Positions 48,076-57,676 of a stretch of DNA of 64,000 bases are shown piece after piece. Source of the DNA: Candidatus Latescibacterota bacterium (GTDB taxonomy: Bacteria > Latescibacterota > UBA2968); NCBI GenBank assembly GCA_965208125.1, contig OZ242320.1, forward strand, positions 3,552,001 through 3,616,000. The letters run 5' to 3'. The position numbers and the translations under genes were made by a program. Within the stretch, counting starts at the first letter, position 1. Each line of letters begins with the position of its first letter. The notes beneath the pieces were generated by a model. That model saw only the letters and a list, made by a program, of their open reading frames with translations, ran no database searches and was not told where the DNA came from.

Positions 48076-48981
48076 TCACCTCTTACCCGCTTTCAACAGA
48101 TAGCGCAGAGCAGGCTCAAGGTGGGGATGGGCAAAGGAGAAGCTGGTGTTTTCGAGGCGTGAGGAGATAACGCGGGTGCTTGCGATCAGGAGGGCATCGG
48201 CCATTTCGCCCAGCGCGAGTTTGGCTGCAAAGGCGGGTAGCGGGAAAATTGTGGGGCGAGATAAGACGCGACCGAGGGTTTTGGTAAATTCGCGATTGGT
48301 GACAGGTGTTGGGGATACGGCGTTGATTGCGCCGCTGATGGATTCGTGATCTATTGCAAAGAGGAATAGAGATACCAGGTCGTCAAGGGTGATCCAACTC
48401 ATGTACTGGTTGCCCGATCCGATGATGCCGCCCAATCCCAATTTGAAGGGCAAGAGCATTTTAGAGAGTGCGCCACCTTCGGGGGATAGGACAATGCCAA
48501 TGCGCGGGTGAACGGTTCGTATGCTGGCTGCTGTGGCGGATTTGGCGGCGTTTTCCCAGGCGATGGATACGTCCGGGAGAAAGCCTTCTCCCGGTTGGCT
48601 GTCTTCGGTGAGGATTTCGTCGTGGCGATTGCCGTAATAACCGATGGCAGAAGCGGAAATGAAGACTTTTGGCGGCGGAGATATAGATGCGAGTGTTTGG
48701 GCGAGCAATGTGGTGCCCTGTACGCGGCTGTCGCGGATGCGTGCCTTTTGCGCCGCGCTCCAGCGTCGGGAGGCGATGTTTTCTCCTGCGAGGTGTATGA
48801 CCCCATCTATGTTGGTGAGGCGCGAGGGATCGAGGGTATTAGAAGATGGGTCCCAGGTGATTTCATCGTCGTTGTGGGTATTGCGTCGGGTGAGAGACAA
48901 GACGCGGTCACCGCGCTCTCTCAGTGCGGTTTTGAGTGCTGAGCCGATGAGGCCAGAAGCACCGGATATCAGAATTTTCAT
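48076..48981 (-). CDS. TIGR01777 family oxidoreductase (YfcH-like epimerase)
   Basis: ISGASGLIG, HLAGENI...RW, SASAIGYYG, GSGNQYMSWI. Confidence 0.9.
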   Translation of the reverse strand: MKILISGASGLIGSALKTALRERGDRVLSLTRRNTHNDDEITWDPSSNTLDPSRLTNIDGVIHLAGENIASRRWSAAQKARIRDSRVQGTTLLAQTLASISPPPKVFISASAIGYYGNRHDEILTEDSQPGEGFLPDVSIAWENAAKSATAASIRTVHPRIGIVLSPEGGALSKMLLPFKLGLGGIIGSGNQYMSWITLDDLVSLFLFAIDHESISGAINAVSPTPVTNREFTKTLGRVLSRPTIFPLPAFAAKLALGEMADALLIASTRVISSRLENTSFSFAHPHLEPALRYLLKAGKR

Positions 48982-48995
48982 GATTTTCAACTTTC

Positions 48996-49063
48996 GGGAC
49001 GGCACAGGGGCCGTCCCCTACGGTGATATTGTGGTTTGTAGGGGCGACCCCCTGTGGTCGCCC
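48996..49063. repeat. Inverted doublet of GTAG REP hairpins (REPIN/BIME-like)
   Basis: Minus-strand GTAGGGGACGGCCCCTGTGCCGTCCC and plus-strand GTAGGGGCGACCCCCTGTGGTCGCCC, 16 bp apart. Confidence 0.75.
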
Positions 49064-49068
49064 GCTGA

Positions 49069-49482
49069 TTACTGTTTATAGAGCATCAGGTAGATGATGA
49101 CGCCGGTAATTGAGACAAATATCCAACTGGGCCAAACCCACCGGGCCAGGCGGCGGTGGCGATCAAATTCGCCTTTGTAGGCTCGCCAGACAAGCGCAAT
49201 GATAAAAGGCACGTTGACAGCGGCGAGGATGATGTGCGGGATGAGTATGGCAAAGTAGATCGGGCGCGTCCAATCGCGGTGAGGATAGGGCACAGAGCCG
49301 ACCTGACTGTGATAGATGAGGTACGAGATTAGAAAGAGAGCCGATAAGATCAACGCTGTGGCCATGCATTTCTGGTGTGTTTTGATGTCGCCGCGTTTGA
49401 TATAGATGAATCCCAACAGAAGAAATATGGTGCAAAGTCCGTTGAGAAAGGCGTTTGTCGCGGGCAAGTCTGTGATGGACAT
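49069..49482 (-). CDS. DUF420 membrane protein
   Basis: LP..NA.LN, H..CM, LFLISYLIYH, HRRLARW..P.W..VS.TG. Confidence 0.88.
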   Translation of the reverse strand: MSITDLPATNAFLNGLCTIFLLLGFIYIKRGDIKTHQKCMATALILSALFLISYLIYHSQVGSVPYPHRDWTRPIYFAILIPHIILAAVNVPFIIALVWRAYKGEFDRHRRLARWVWPSWIFVSITGVIIYLMLYKQ

Positions 49483-49489
49483 ATTTGGT

Positions 49490-52063
49490 CTAACGTTTAT
49501 CCAGTGCCTGTTCAATCATGTGGAGGATATAGCCGGTGTGAGCTTCGGTGCTTGCATCGGTTGTTTTTTTCATTTTGAGCATGTTTTGAATGGTTTTGAG
49601 GTTGTGTAGTGCGATGGCGCGAGATGCATAGATCCGCTTGCTTTCGGGATCGATGATGTTGATGAGTCGATTGACGTATTCAGCCTGCAAATTCTGGCGG
49701 AAAGAATTGACAGTGCCTTCGGCGTCTGCGGCAAAGACGGCATCGGTCAAGTCGGCCATCATATCGGACAGTGCGTATTCGTTGCCATAGAGCGCGGTGT
49801 CGAGCAGGCGAGCCTGTACTGTGGGGTGTAAGAGATGGCTGAAGACGCGTTGTTGAATGCCGATTACGCGGTCGTGGATTTTTGGGTCTTCTGGGGCGCG
49901 GGAGAAGCCGAATCCACGTCTTTGTTCCTGCAAATGGTTATAGAGCCCGGGCGGCATATCAAATGCATTGGGCGATAGGACGTATTTGGCAAGTGCGTCT
50001 ATCGCGCGTTTCTGGTCGGCGAGAGCAACCGGTGTGAATGGTCGGGTTGCGCCGGGTTGGGCGATAACTGCGCGATCGACGTAAATGCCACCGATATAAC
50101 GGGAGAGAACGGTTGCGGCATTGCGATGCTGCGCCGTGAGAATGAGGTAGGCCGTTTTCAGTTCGTGATAGGTGTTGCCCGGGGTGTTGTATTTTGCGAG
50201 GATTTTGTTTTTGACGTCGTTTACCAGTTCAATCCGACCTGTGGCGTAGGCAATGGCATCGCTGCTGAGGTCATAGACCATCACGCGCGGGTCAATGCCG
50301 CTATTTGACGAGCGCATGTCGTCGGCGTCATTGCCAAACATGAGTTCGGGCTCTGTAGAGCGTGCGAGAATTTTTTCGAGGCGTTTTTGTTCGTCTTTGA
50401 CATTGTCCCGTCCTGGTGAATACCCAAATTCAATGGCCCAAATGTCATAGGGACCAGGGCGTGTGGTGTAGTAATGCCCCTGTTTTTGCCCGGGCAATGC
50501 GAGGTTGACGCCTGGATAGTCCATGACCGAACCCGTGAGGCCCATTTTGCCGGTTCGATTTTTGTCGTGGAGTTGTGCTGGGGTGTGCAGTTGACTGGAT
50601 TTCATGTTGTGGTTGAGACCGAGCGTGTGGCCGATTTCGTGGAGGATAAGAAAGTAGATGCTTTCTTTGAGTAGCGCGTCAACTTCAATTTTGGACGCGC
50701 CAGAAACGCGCAGGGCCTGGGTGCCAAAGAGGTTGGATATGTGTAACTCGTGCCCCAGGGAACAGTATTGCGGCCTGTCTGGGTCGGCATTGGGTATCGC
50801 GTTGTCAAAGAGCTTGTCATAGCGCAGGCTGCTCGTGAGAAATGCAAATTCGAGCATGATGTCAGCACCCAATATTTGCCCGGTTCGCGGGTTGACAAAG
50901 CTGGGCCCATATCCGCCAAATGGCGGATTGGGCGATGAGGTCCAGCGCAGGACATTGTATCGGATATCGCCGGCTTCCCAATCGGCATCATCGGGTTGTT
51001 CTTTGACATGTACGGCATTTTTGAAGCCAGCGGCTTCAAAGGCGATATTCCAGGCGAGAGCCGCTTTTTTGATGGTTGAACGCAATTCTTTCGGGGTGGT
51101 GTTTTCGATCCAATAGGTGATTGGCACGATTGGTTCAGAGCGTTTGGCTTTGGGATCCCTTTTTTTGAGGTGCCAGCGGTGAATCAAATCGCGATAAGGC
51201 GTCGCGCTCCTGGAGGTCAGGTCGGTCACTTGTGTGCTGAAGTAGCCGACGCGCGGGTCGTCAAATCGCGGTTGATAATCGTTTTTCGGCATTTCGATCA
51301 GGGTGTGTTGCAGGGTAATTGTCACATTGCGGGCATCGGTTATGCCGTCGCCACCGCCTTTGGGATTGGGATTTTCATAGGTGTAGGCGATGATGAAATC
51401 CGTGTTTTTGGGATAATTTTTGATGGATAGACATTTGGTTTTGGTTTTGCTGAGTCTGCCCAGTGAAAAGTTTTTGCGGTTCTGCGTTCGGTTGACGCGA
51501 TGGAGTGCTTCTGTGAGGAAAATAGCGTCGGCTTTGATGAGGATGTTGCCCGTGGAGTCATTGCGCGCCGCGATTTTTTCCGATACGAGAATAGAAGGGC
51601 TGATGTTGGCTTTGGCTGCGCGACTCAAGGCGTTTTTGGGATCGAAATAGTACGCGGTGTTTTCAGAGATGATTTCGATTTTGTCAAAGTGCTTCTGAAT
51701 AGAGAGCACGCGGCTACCGCGATAGTTGCCCCTGTATGTTCCCGCTGATACGGGTGCATTAACGGTGTGGGTGAAGTAGATGTATTCTTTGCCGATTTGA
51801 GATTCGCGGATTTGCAATTGCAACGCACCTGTGGTCGTGTCTTCATAAACGGTGAAGAGACCGGGATACTTGCGACTGGATTTGGTGAGGTCGGCTATGG
51901 TTTTCTTCGGTGTGTCCTTTTTTTGAGTTTCCCTTTTTTGAGTTTTTGCGGGATCTCGTTTGGCGACCTTTGTCGAATCCGCAGGTTGTTTTTCCTGCGC
52001 TTGAACGGAAAATGCGATTCCAAAGACGAGTGCGATTAATAGACGTTGAGCATTCACGGTCAT
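49490..52063 (-). CDS. Secreted zinc metalloprotease (DUF5117/DUF4953, EcxA-like)
   Basis: Signal peptide; PRFDDPRVGYF, HEIGHTLGLNHN, SVMDY Met-turn; AGGAG RBS at 52070-52066. Confidence 0.88.
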   Translation of the reverse strand: MTVNAQRLLIALVFGIAFSVQAQEKQPADSTKVAKRDPAKTQKRETQKKDTPKKTIADLTKSSRKYPGLFTVYEDTTTGALQLQIRESQIGKEYIYFTHTVNAPVSAGTYRGNYRGSRVLSIQKHFDKIEIISENTAYYFDPKNALSRAAKANISPSILVSEKIAARNDSTGNILIKADAIFLTEALHRVNRTQNRKNFSLGRLSKTKTKCLSIKNYPKNTDFIIAYTYENPNPKGGGDGITDARNVTITLQHTLIEMPKNDYQPRFDDPRVGYFSTQVTDLTSRSATPYRDLIHRWHLKKRDPKAKRSEPIVPITYWIENTTPKELRSTIKKAALAWNIAFEAAGFKNAVHVKEQPDDADWEAGDIRYNVLRWTSSPNPPFGGYGPSFVNPRTGQILGADIMLEFAFLTSSLRYDKLFDNAIPNADPDRPQYCSLGHELHISNLFGTQALRVSGASKIEVDALLKESIYFLILHEIGHTLGLNHNMKSSQLHTPAQLHDKNRTGKMGLTGSVMDYPGVNLALPGQKQGHYYTTRPGPYDIWAIEFGYSPGRDNVKDEQKRLEKILARSTEPELMFGNDADDMRSSNSGIDPRVMVYDLSSDAIAYATGRIELVNDVKNKILAKYNTPGNTYHELKTAYLILTAQHRNAATVLSRYIGGIYVDRAVIAQPGATRPFTPVALADQKRAIDALAKYVLSPNAFDMPPGLYNHLQEQRRGFGFSRAPEDPKIHDRVIGIQQRVFSHLLHPTVQARLLDTALYGNEYALSDMMADLTDAVFAADAEGTVNSFRQNLQAEYVNRLINIIDPESKRIYASRAIALHNLKTIQNMLKMKKTTDASTEAHTGYILHMIEQALDKR

Positions 52064-52148
52064 ATCTCCTAAAAAATGTCGCAGGAGACCCCCGGCTTTA
52101 GACGGGGGAGGAATGCGACGTGAGTGAATGTTATGTTGCATGTAGATG

Positions 52149-52177
52149 TTGACATCCACATCATTTGTAAGTATATT
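52149..52177 (+). promoter_or_regulatory. Sigma70 promoter for tnpB with a palindrome over -35
   Basis: TTGACA-17 bp-TATATT; imperfect palindrome ATGTAGATGT-TG-ACATCCACAT at 52140-52161. Confidence 0.7.
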
Positions 52178-52247
52178 AGAATATGATTAAATTAATAAAA
52201 ACAATAGGTTGTGTCTATAAATCCGCATTACAGAGGGTTAGTTTTAG

Positions 52248-53486
52248 ATGCCATACCTGACAATAAAAGCCCATCTTCGTGGCGCACCTGAACGCTTTGC
52301 CATTCTTCGTGATGCGATGTTGTCTGCGACCAAAGTCTATAATGGCTTGATCTTTCATCTGCGTCAAGAATACGAGCAACAGGGAAAAGCCTGTTATGCG
52401 GCCAGCTATCTCAACCGTATCGCCCGTGGGTTGCCACGCCACAAGGAATTGTATTCCGATGTGGTAGATACCACGCGGCAGGCGGTGGGATGGGCTTTTG
52501 GGTCGTTCTTTCAAAAGCACAAGTGCGACAAGAAGGCACGACCTCCAGGATTCAGGAAGAAGACGCGACTCTCTCCGCTGCGCTATTCCCATCCCAACAA
52601 TGGCTCCATCAAGGTAATCCACAAGCGCGGAATGACATATCTTCGCATCTCGCTTGGCACCACCCGCAAGGACGGTGTGCGCCATCTCGTCTTTCGTCTC
52701 CACACCCGCCCAAATGTTGTCCTTTCCCAGTTGAAGAACGTCCAGATCATCTACGATACGCACACACGGGATTTCCAAGCCCGTCTGGTGGTCGAAGTGG
52801 ATGTTGTTCAAAAGCCGGGAGAGGCCACCGTTGGTGTAGATATAGGCGAAGACTGGCTCATTGCCGCAGATTTCTGTGATGGCTCCCAGTATCTGATCTG
52901 TGGACGTGAACTTAAGGCCACACGCCGATATTGGCAGAAGGTCAGAGCAAAGGTCAAGCCGCCCAGCCAGGACCACCCCAAGATGTCGAGACGCTATCGC
53001 CAGATCGCCCGAAAAGAAGCCCGCCAGATCACGCATGCCCTCCATATCGCCAGCAGACGGTTTGTGGATGTGTGTGCCGATAAGGGTGTAGGACTTATTA
53101 TTTTGGGAGACCTCACCGGCATTCGATCTGGCATCGCCTATGGCAAAAGGATGAATCAACGCCTGCACGCTTGGCCATACGCCAAGCTCAGGGCGATGAT
53201 TGAATACAAGGCTGCACTGTGTGGCATAAAGGTCAAAGTCGTCTCGGAAAAATATACCTCGCAGACTTGTCCGCAATGTAATATAAGAAAGAAATCCAAT
53301 CGCAAGCATCGTGGTTGGTACTCCTGCCTATGTGGCTTTGAAGGTCAAGCGGACCTTGTGGGTGCGTTCAATATCCACCGGCAAGTATCTGGGGTTCCCA
53401 GTAGTGGGCGTTCGGCGCGCCCTGTGGTCTTGGTGTTTGATCACCATACGGTCCACGAAGCTGCAAGTTCTCGGGAGGCCGCCTGA
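52248..53486 (+). CDS. tnpB: RNA-guided endonuclease TnpB
   Basis: RPPGFRK, GVDIG (RuvC-I), LH..SR.FV, EKYTSQTCPQC, C.CG, QADLVGAFNI (RuvC-III). Confidence 0.92.
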   Translation: MPYLTIKAHLRGAPERFAILRDAMLSATKVYNGLIFHLRQEYEQQGKACYAASYLNRIARGLPRHKELYSDVVDTTRQAVGWAFGSFFQKHKCDKKARPPGFRKKTRLSPLRYSHPNNGSIKVIHKRGMTYLRISLGTTRKDGVRHLVFRLHTRPNVVLSQLKNVQIIYDTHTRDFQARLVVEVDVVQKPGEATVGVDIGEDWLIAADFCDGSQYLICGRELKATRRYWQKVRAKVKPPSQDHPKMSRRYRQIARKEARQITHALHIASRRFVDVCADKGVGLIILGDLTGIRSGIAYGKRMNQRLHAWPYAKLRAMIEYKAALCGIKVKVVSEKYTSQTCPQCNIRKKSNRKHRGWYSCLCGFEGQADLVGAFNIHRQVSGVPSSGRSARPVVLVFDHHTVHEAASSREAA

Positions 53487-53556
53487 TAAAGGGTGACCCC
53501 CGGAATCCCTTGACTGAAGTCAAGGGAGCACGTCGATTAGGTTCTGTTCATTTTTT
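53390..53556 (+). ncRNA. Predicted omegaRNA/reRNA (scaffold overlapping tnpB 3' end, plus flanking guide); boundaries approximate
   Basis: Inferred from known TnpB biology; local hairpins GGGCG..CGCCC and the right-end stem-loop. Confidence 0.45.
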
Positions 53557-53751
53557 TAATGAGATCAGCTTAATTTCTTCGCGGTGTTGGCATTTATCAC
53601 GGGCAAGTCTCTGATGGACAGAAGTTTAGAATATTTCGCTTGAATTGATAGCGCATTTGTACACCTTTGTAAGACGCCGGGCGTTTTTTAAACAAAATTC
53701 GGCAGATTTTCCCCCTTGCTTGCCAAATATTTGGCATGTAGATATGAGATC

Positions 53752-55422
53752 CTAATCTGCCCACTCTTGTACCGCCCACTTGAGCAATTTTTCCTCCCGT
53801 TTTTGAACTTCTGCCTTCCCCCATTTGCCAGAACACTGCTTTGCAACATCCTGGGCAATCAAAAGTCCCGTTTTAGTATATTCACTGGCTTTATCCTTTG
53901 GACGTTTGTTTCCCAACTGGGAGTTTAGTTTAGGGGGTAGCATCATCAGATTACCTAGCCTATGGACATAGGAATATTCAGTGCTTTTGGGTTGGATATG
54001 TTCAATGGAGTCAGTAGCGCTAGATTCCCAAATACGATTCCATTGTTCGTTATCGAATTTCTGTCCGGCTTCCTTCGCCAAGTGTTCTTCATACCGAAAA
54101 AAAATGTAGCGCAATTCTTCTGTTCGGTCTGGGTACAAGTCTGTCTCTCGAAGTTCCTCAACAGCCTTATCGCATGGATACCTTTTCCCAATCTTCGCTA
54201 GGTTATCCATAATTCCATCCCTGGACAGTTTTTCTTTTATAATTCGCCGTGCAAGCCTCACATAGTCTCCCACTGCTGTCCTGGAATCCTTTGCATACAT
54301 GCCATAAATGCGAAACGTCACGTTCTCCCAACGACGAAGTATCTGCGCCTTTTCACTTTTTGTCAGGTCATAACGAAGATTCACTGCGACAGCAGCCAAC
54401 CTTGCCTGTACAATTTTCGTAACTGCATTTCTCCGGCGGTCTACTACTAACGTATCTAATGCCTCAGTCACGGACTTTATCCATTTCGTAGTCTCAATTA
54501 CACTAATCGGGTTCTGGGACTGTTCGAATAGAAGTTGGACAGCATCTTCCTCACTCATCGGACGGCTCTGAGGATGGTCACTGCGTAAAGTGGCAGCGAA
54601 GCGAAGCGATTCAGTACTCAGCCCCAAGCGCAATCCTATGATCCTGTATATTTCAGCCCAAAGACCATGGACTTCTTCAATTAAAGCTTGACTTTTATCG
54701 GTCTTTGCTTCAAATACAACGGCCATTAACATACTCTTGAGTCGATCAAACCAAGAAACTTCTAAACCTCTGCTGTTAAGTACTTCGAAAACGGTGTATA
54801 CGAGTCCTTCATCGCCAATTGCATAAAAAATGAAGAACAGTTGGTTTTTGAGATGTCCATAGAGTTTTGTGAGAGAATCAACCTTGGCTTGCCAGTCTAT
54901 CACAAAATCCTCACATTCTTTCATAGCCAAGAGAAGTTGGTAGTCAGCTAATGTATCTGCCGAATTAGGGTCCGGAGAAGTTCCGTTTCTAATGTAGTCA
55001 GCAAAGTATCCCTTTCTATCATGATTGGTTTGTAGAAGCAAAAGTGACGCTTCGTCCGGCTTTACCAGAATTTCGTCAATCTCATGGCCAATTCTTTTTT
55101 CAATCGTATCGGAACGGTTTAGCGCCTTTGCAATAGCCTTAAAAAGCAATACCAATGTTGTGATTCTCTGCTGTCCATCTACAATATCAACCTCTTGATA
55201 TTCGTCGGTAATAATGTGTACCTTTTCTTGACGTAGCCCCACGATGGTAGCCATGAAATGATCTTTAGCTGTTTCTGCCAAATAGCTTTTTTTTATATCA
55301 TCGAACAAGTTTTCTCGCTGTTTTGACTGCCAACTGTAGGACCTCTGATACGGCGGTATTTTGAATAGGCGTTTGTTGAGTAGTTCTGCAAGGCTAAAAA
55401 GCTTAGGTTCCATCATGTTCAT
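53752..55422 (-). CDS. DUF262-DUF1524 (GmrSD-like) putative restriction/defence nuclease
   Basis: IPPYQRSYSW, DGQQRITT, FEVLNSRG; SIEHIQP...LGNL....N HNH motif. Confidence 0.88.
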   Translation of the reverse strand: MNMMEPKLFSLAELLNKRLFKIPPYQRSYSWQSKQRENLFDDIKKSYLAETAKDHFMATIVGLRQEKVHIITDEYQEVDIVDGQQRITTLVLLFKAIAKALNRSDTIEKRIGHEIDEILVKPDEASLLLLQTNHDRKGYFADYIRNGTSPDPNSADTLADYQLLLAMKECEDFVIDWQAKVDSLTKLYGHLKNQLFFIFYAIGDEGLVYTVFEVLNSRGLEVSWFDRLKSMLMAVVFEAKTDKSQALIEEVHGLWAEIYRIIGLRLGLSTESLRFAATLRSDHPQSRPMSEEDAVQLLFEQSQNPISVIETTKWIKSVTEALDTLVVDRRRNAVTKIVQARLAAVAVNLRYDLTKSEKAQILRRWENVTFRIYGMYAKDSRTAVGDYVRLARRIIKEKLSRDGIMDNLAKIGKRYPCDKAVEELRETDLYPDRTEELRYIFFRYEEHLAKEAGQKFDNEQWNRIWESSATDSIEHIQPKSTEYSYVHRLGNLMMLPPKLNSQLGNKRPKDKASEYTKTGLLIAQDVAKQCSGKWGKAEVQKREEKLLKWAVQEWAD

Positions 55423-55616
55423 GCTAAAATCCTTTCTGTCTGTCTTATGTTGGTTAATGTATCTTCGGTGTTTGAACTTACTTAATTATCTCAAAATTTT
55501 CAAGTGTGTATTGTATATCGACTATATGAGCTATCAATTGACTTTATGTTTTTTTTTCTTATCTTTTGCGTTCCATTTTTTGAAGGGTTTAGACCTATTT
55601 AGCGCGAGGTTTGAAA

Positions 55617-55811
55617 ATGGCAGAGGCGGGAAGCGCGTGGTTGACGCCTAAGGAGATCGCGGATCGGTTGAGTAGTCGAAAGGCGAGAGAAGTACAGGAA
55701 GATTTGCTCTATGGGCGCCGAACACGGCGTGAGATATTGGATCTGGTGATGGAAGCTGTGGGTTGCAATGAATATTCGGCGGAAGACTTTTTGCGTGAAA
55801 TTGTAAAATAA
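55617..55811 (+). CDS. Small hypothetical protein
   Basis: 64 aa, GAGGT RBS, protein-like composition, fills an intergenic gap. Confidence 0.6.
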   Translation: MAEAGSAWLTPKEIADRLSSRKAREVQEDLLYGRRTRREILDLVMEAVGCNEYSAEDFLREIVK

Positions 55812-55976
55812 AAAAAGCAATCAGCGATTAGCTGTCAGCGATCAGCCCACCCATCTCCTCCGAAGTCAAAATCGCCGTTTGTTTTGCTGGCTGCTGAAAG
55901 CTGACCGCTATTTATGTTTGCCGCGTATGGGATTTCCAATACGCGGCTCGATATTTTTTGACCTGTAGGGTACGCC

Positions 55977-57665
55977 ATGTCTGAAGTTTCTAAGTCTGAT
56001 TATCTGGTCATTGGCAGTGGTATTGCGGGCCTCTCATTTGCGCTTAAAGCAGCAGAGACCGGGTCTGTCACCCTGATTACGAAAAAAGAGTTTCAGGAAT
56101 CCAATACCAATTACGCACAGGGCGGTATTGCTTCTGTTTTACATCCCGACGATTCGTTTGCGCTTCACAGGGAAGATACCATTCAGGCTGGCGCGGGTTT
56201 GTGCCGCGAAGATGTGGTGGATCTGGTGGTGAGAGCAGGTCCCGATATGGTTAAGGCGCTCATAGCCTGGGGAGCTGAGTTTACGCGAGCGAGTGAGGGG
56301 GGTACAAATGGTGATTTGCAACTGCCATTATATTCCAATTCAGAAGTCCAAAATCTCGCGCTCGGGCGCGAGGGGGGGCATTCAAAGAATCGCATTGTGT
56401 ATGCCGCTGATCTGACCGGGCGAGAGATTGAGCGGGCATTGACCGAAGCAGCGGCAAGACATCCCAATATCGCGTTGTACGAGCACCACATGGCGATTGA
56501 TTTGATCACGGAACACCATGTGTATGGTTCGAAAATTTCAACGCCGGGGAAGATTCAGTGTTGGGGTGTTTACGCATTGGATGTCGTACACGGACAGGTG
56601 AAGACTTTTTTGGCAAAATTTACGCTGTTGTGTAGTGGTGGATGTGGTCAGATTTATTTGCATTCGACCAATCCGGCTATTGCAACGGGCGATGGTATTG
56701 CCATGGCGTATCGCGCGGGCGCAAGTGTGGGCAATTTGGAGTTTATGCAGTTTCATCCCACGACGCTTTATCACCGGGATGCCGATTCATTTTTGATTTC
56801 CGAAGCGGTGCGCGGGCATGGTGGCATTCTGGTGGATCGGGCGGGGCGGGCGTTTATGGCTGATTATCACGAGATGGGGCCGCTTGCGCCTCGGGATGTG
56901 GTCGCGCGGGCGATTGATAGCGAGTTGAAAAAGAGCGGTGATCCCTGTGTGTTTCTCGATATCACGCATTGTCCAGGCGCAGAGCTTCAGGAGAGGTTTC
57001 CCACGATTTATGAGCGGTGCTTGCATTTTGGTATTGATATAACACAGGAGCCCATTCCGGTTGTGCCCGCGGCGCACTATATGTGCGGTGGGGTGTTCAC
57101 AGATACGCAGGGGCGCACGGATATCGAAAGGCTTTACGCTTCGGGTGAGGTCGCTTGTACAGGGCTACACGGCGCGAATCGCCTGGCGAGCAATTCGCTG
57201 TTGGAGGCTCTGGTTTTTTCCGATCGCGCGTTTTCCGATATCCGACAGCACATCGATGCGCGGCTCGATTTTCCCGATGTGCCGGCATGGCAAGACGATG
57301 ATGTGTTTAATACAGAAGAATGGGTGTTGCTATCACACGACCGGCAAGAAGTACAGCGTTTGATGTGGGATTATGTGGGGATTGTGCGGTCGGATTTTCG
57401 ATTGAAGCGCGCGGCCCGTCGCATTGGCGTGATTGTGCAGGAGGTCGAAGAATTTTATAAGCGCACACAAGTTACCGAGGCATTGCTGGAGTTGCGCAAT
57501 ATGACGACTGTTGCCGCGCTGACTGTACGGTGTGCATTGTCCCGGCGCGAAAGCCGGGGGTTGCATTATACGCTCGATTGTCCTGCGTCGTTCAAGTCTG
57601 CAAACGATACGGTAGTGTCTGCCTGGGAGACGTGGGGCGCGGGGTTGCCGGTTATTGAAGTGTGA
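55977..57665 (+). CDS. nadB: L-aspartate oxidase
   Basis: IGSGIAGL, NTNYAQGGI, REGGHS, QFHPT, LAPRDVVAR, GLHGANRLASNSLLE. Confidence 0.95.
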   Translation: MSEVSKSDYLVIGSGIAGLSFALKAAETGSVTLITKKEFQESNTNYAQGGIASVLHPDDSFALHREDTIQAGAGLCREDVVDLVVRAGPDMVKALIAWGAEFTRASEGGTNGDLQLPLYSNSEVQNLALGREGGHSKNRIVYAADLTGREIERALTEAAARHPNIALYEHHMAIDLITEHHVYGSKISTPGKIQCWGVYALDVVHGQVKTFLAKFTLLCSGGCGQIYLHSTNPAIATGDGIAMAYRAGASVGNLEFMQFHPTTLYHRDADSFLISEAVRGHGGILVDRAGRAFMADYHEMGPLAPRDVVARAIDSELKKSGDPCVFLDITHCPGAELQERFPTIYERCLHFGIDITQEPIPVVPAAHYMCGGVFTDTQGRTDIERLYASGEVACTGLHGANRLASNSLLEALVFSDRAFSDIRQHIDARLDFPDVPAWQDDDVFNTEEWVLLSHDRQEVQRLMWDYVGIVRSDFRLKRAARRIGVIVQEVEEFYKRTQVTEALLELRNMTTVAALTVRCALSRRESRGLHYTLDCPASFKSANDTVVSAWETWGAGLPVIEV

Positions 57666-57676
57666 AGGGAGTTTTT

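Larger units (their letters stand above)
52071..53536 (+). mobile_element. IS200/IS605-family element, tnpB-only (IS1341-like)
   Basis: Left hairpin CCCCCG-GCTTTAGA-CGGGGG (52089-52108); right hairpin CCCTTGAC-TGAA-GTCAAGGG (53506-53527) preceded by GAAT and followed by TCGA; no tnpA. Exact ends are inferred. Confidence 0.75.

Noticed and set aside
52063-52159. N-terminal extension of the metalloprotease ORF in the track
   Set aside because: Reads through the IS left end; RBS and signal peptide support the start at 52063.
52215-53309. 364-aa minus-strand ORF and other long antisense ORFs (e.g. 1620-2576, 3843-4895, 26350-27573, 57566-58570)
   Set aside because: Shadow frames of well-supported genes on the opposite strand; no motifs.
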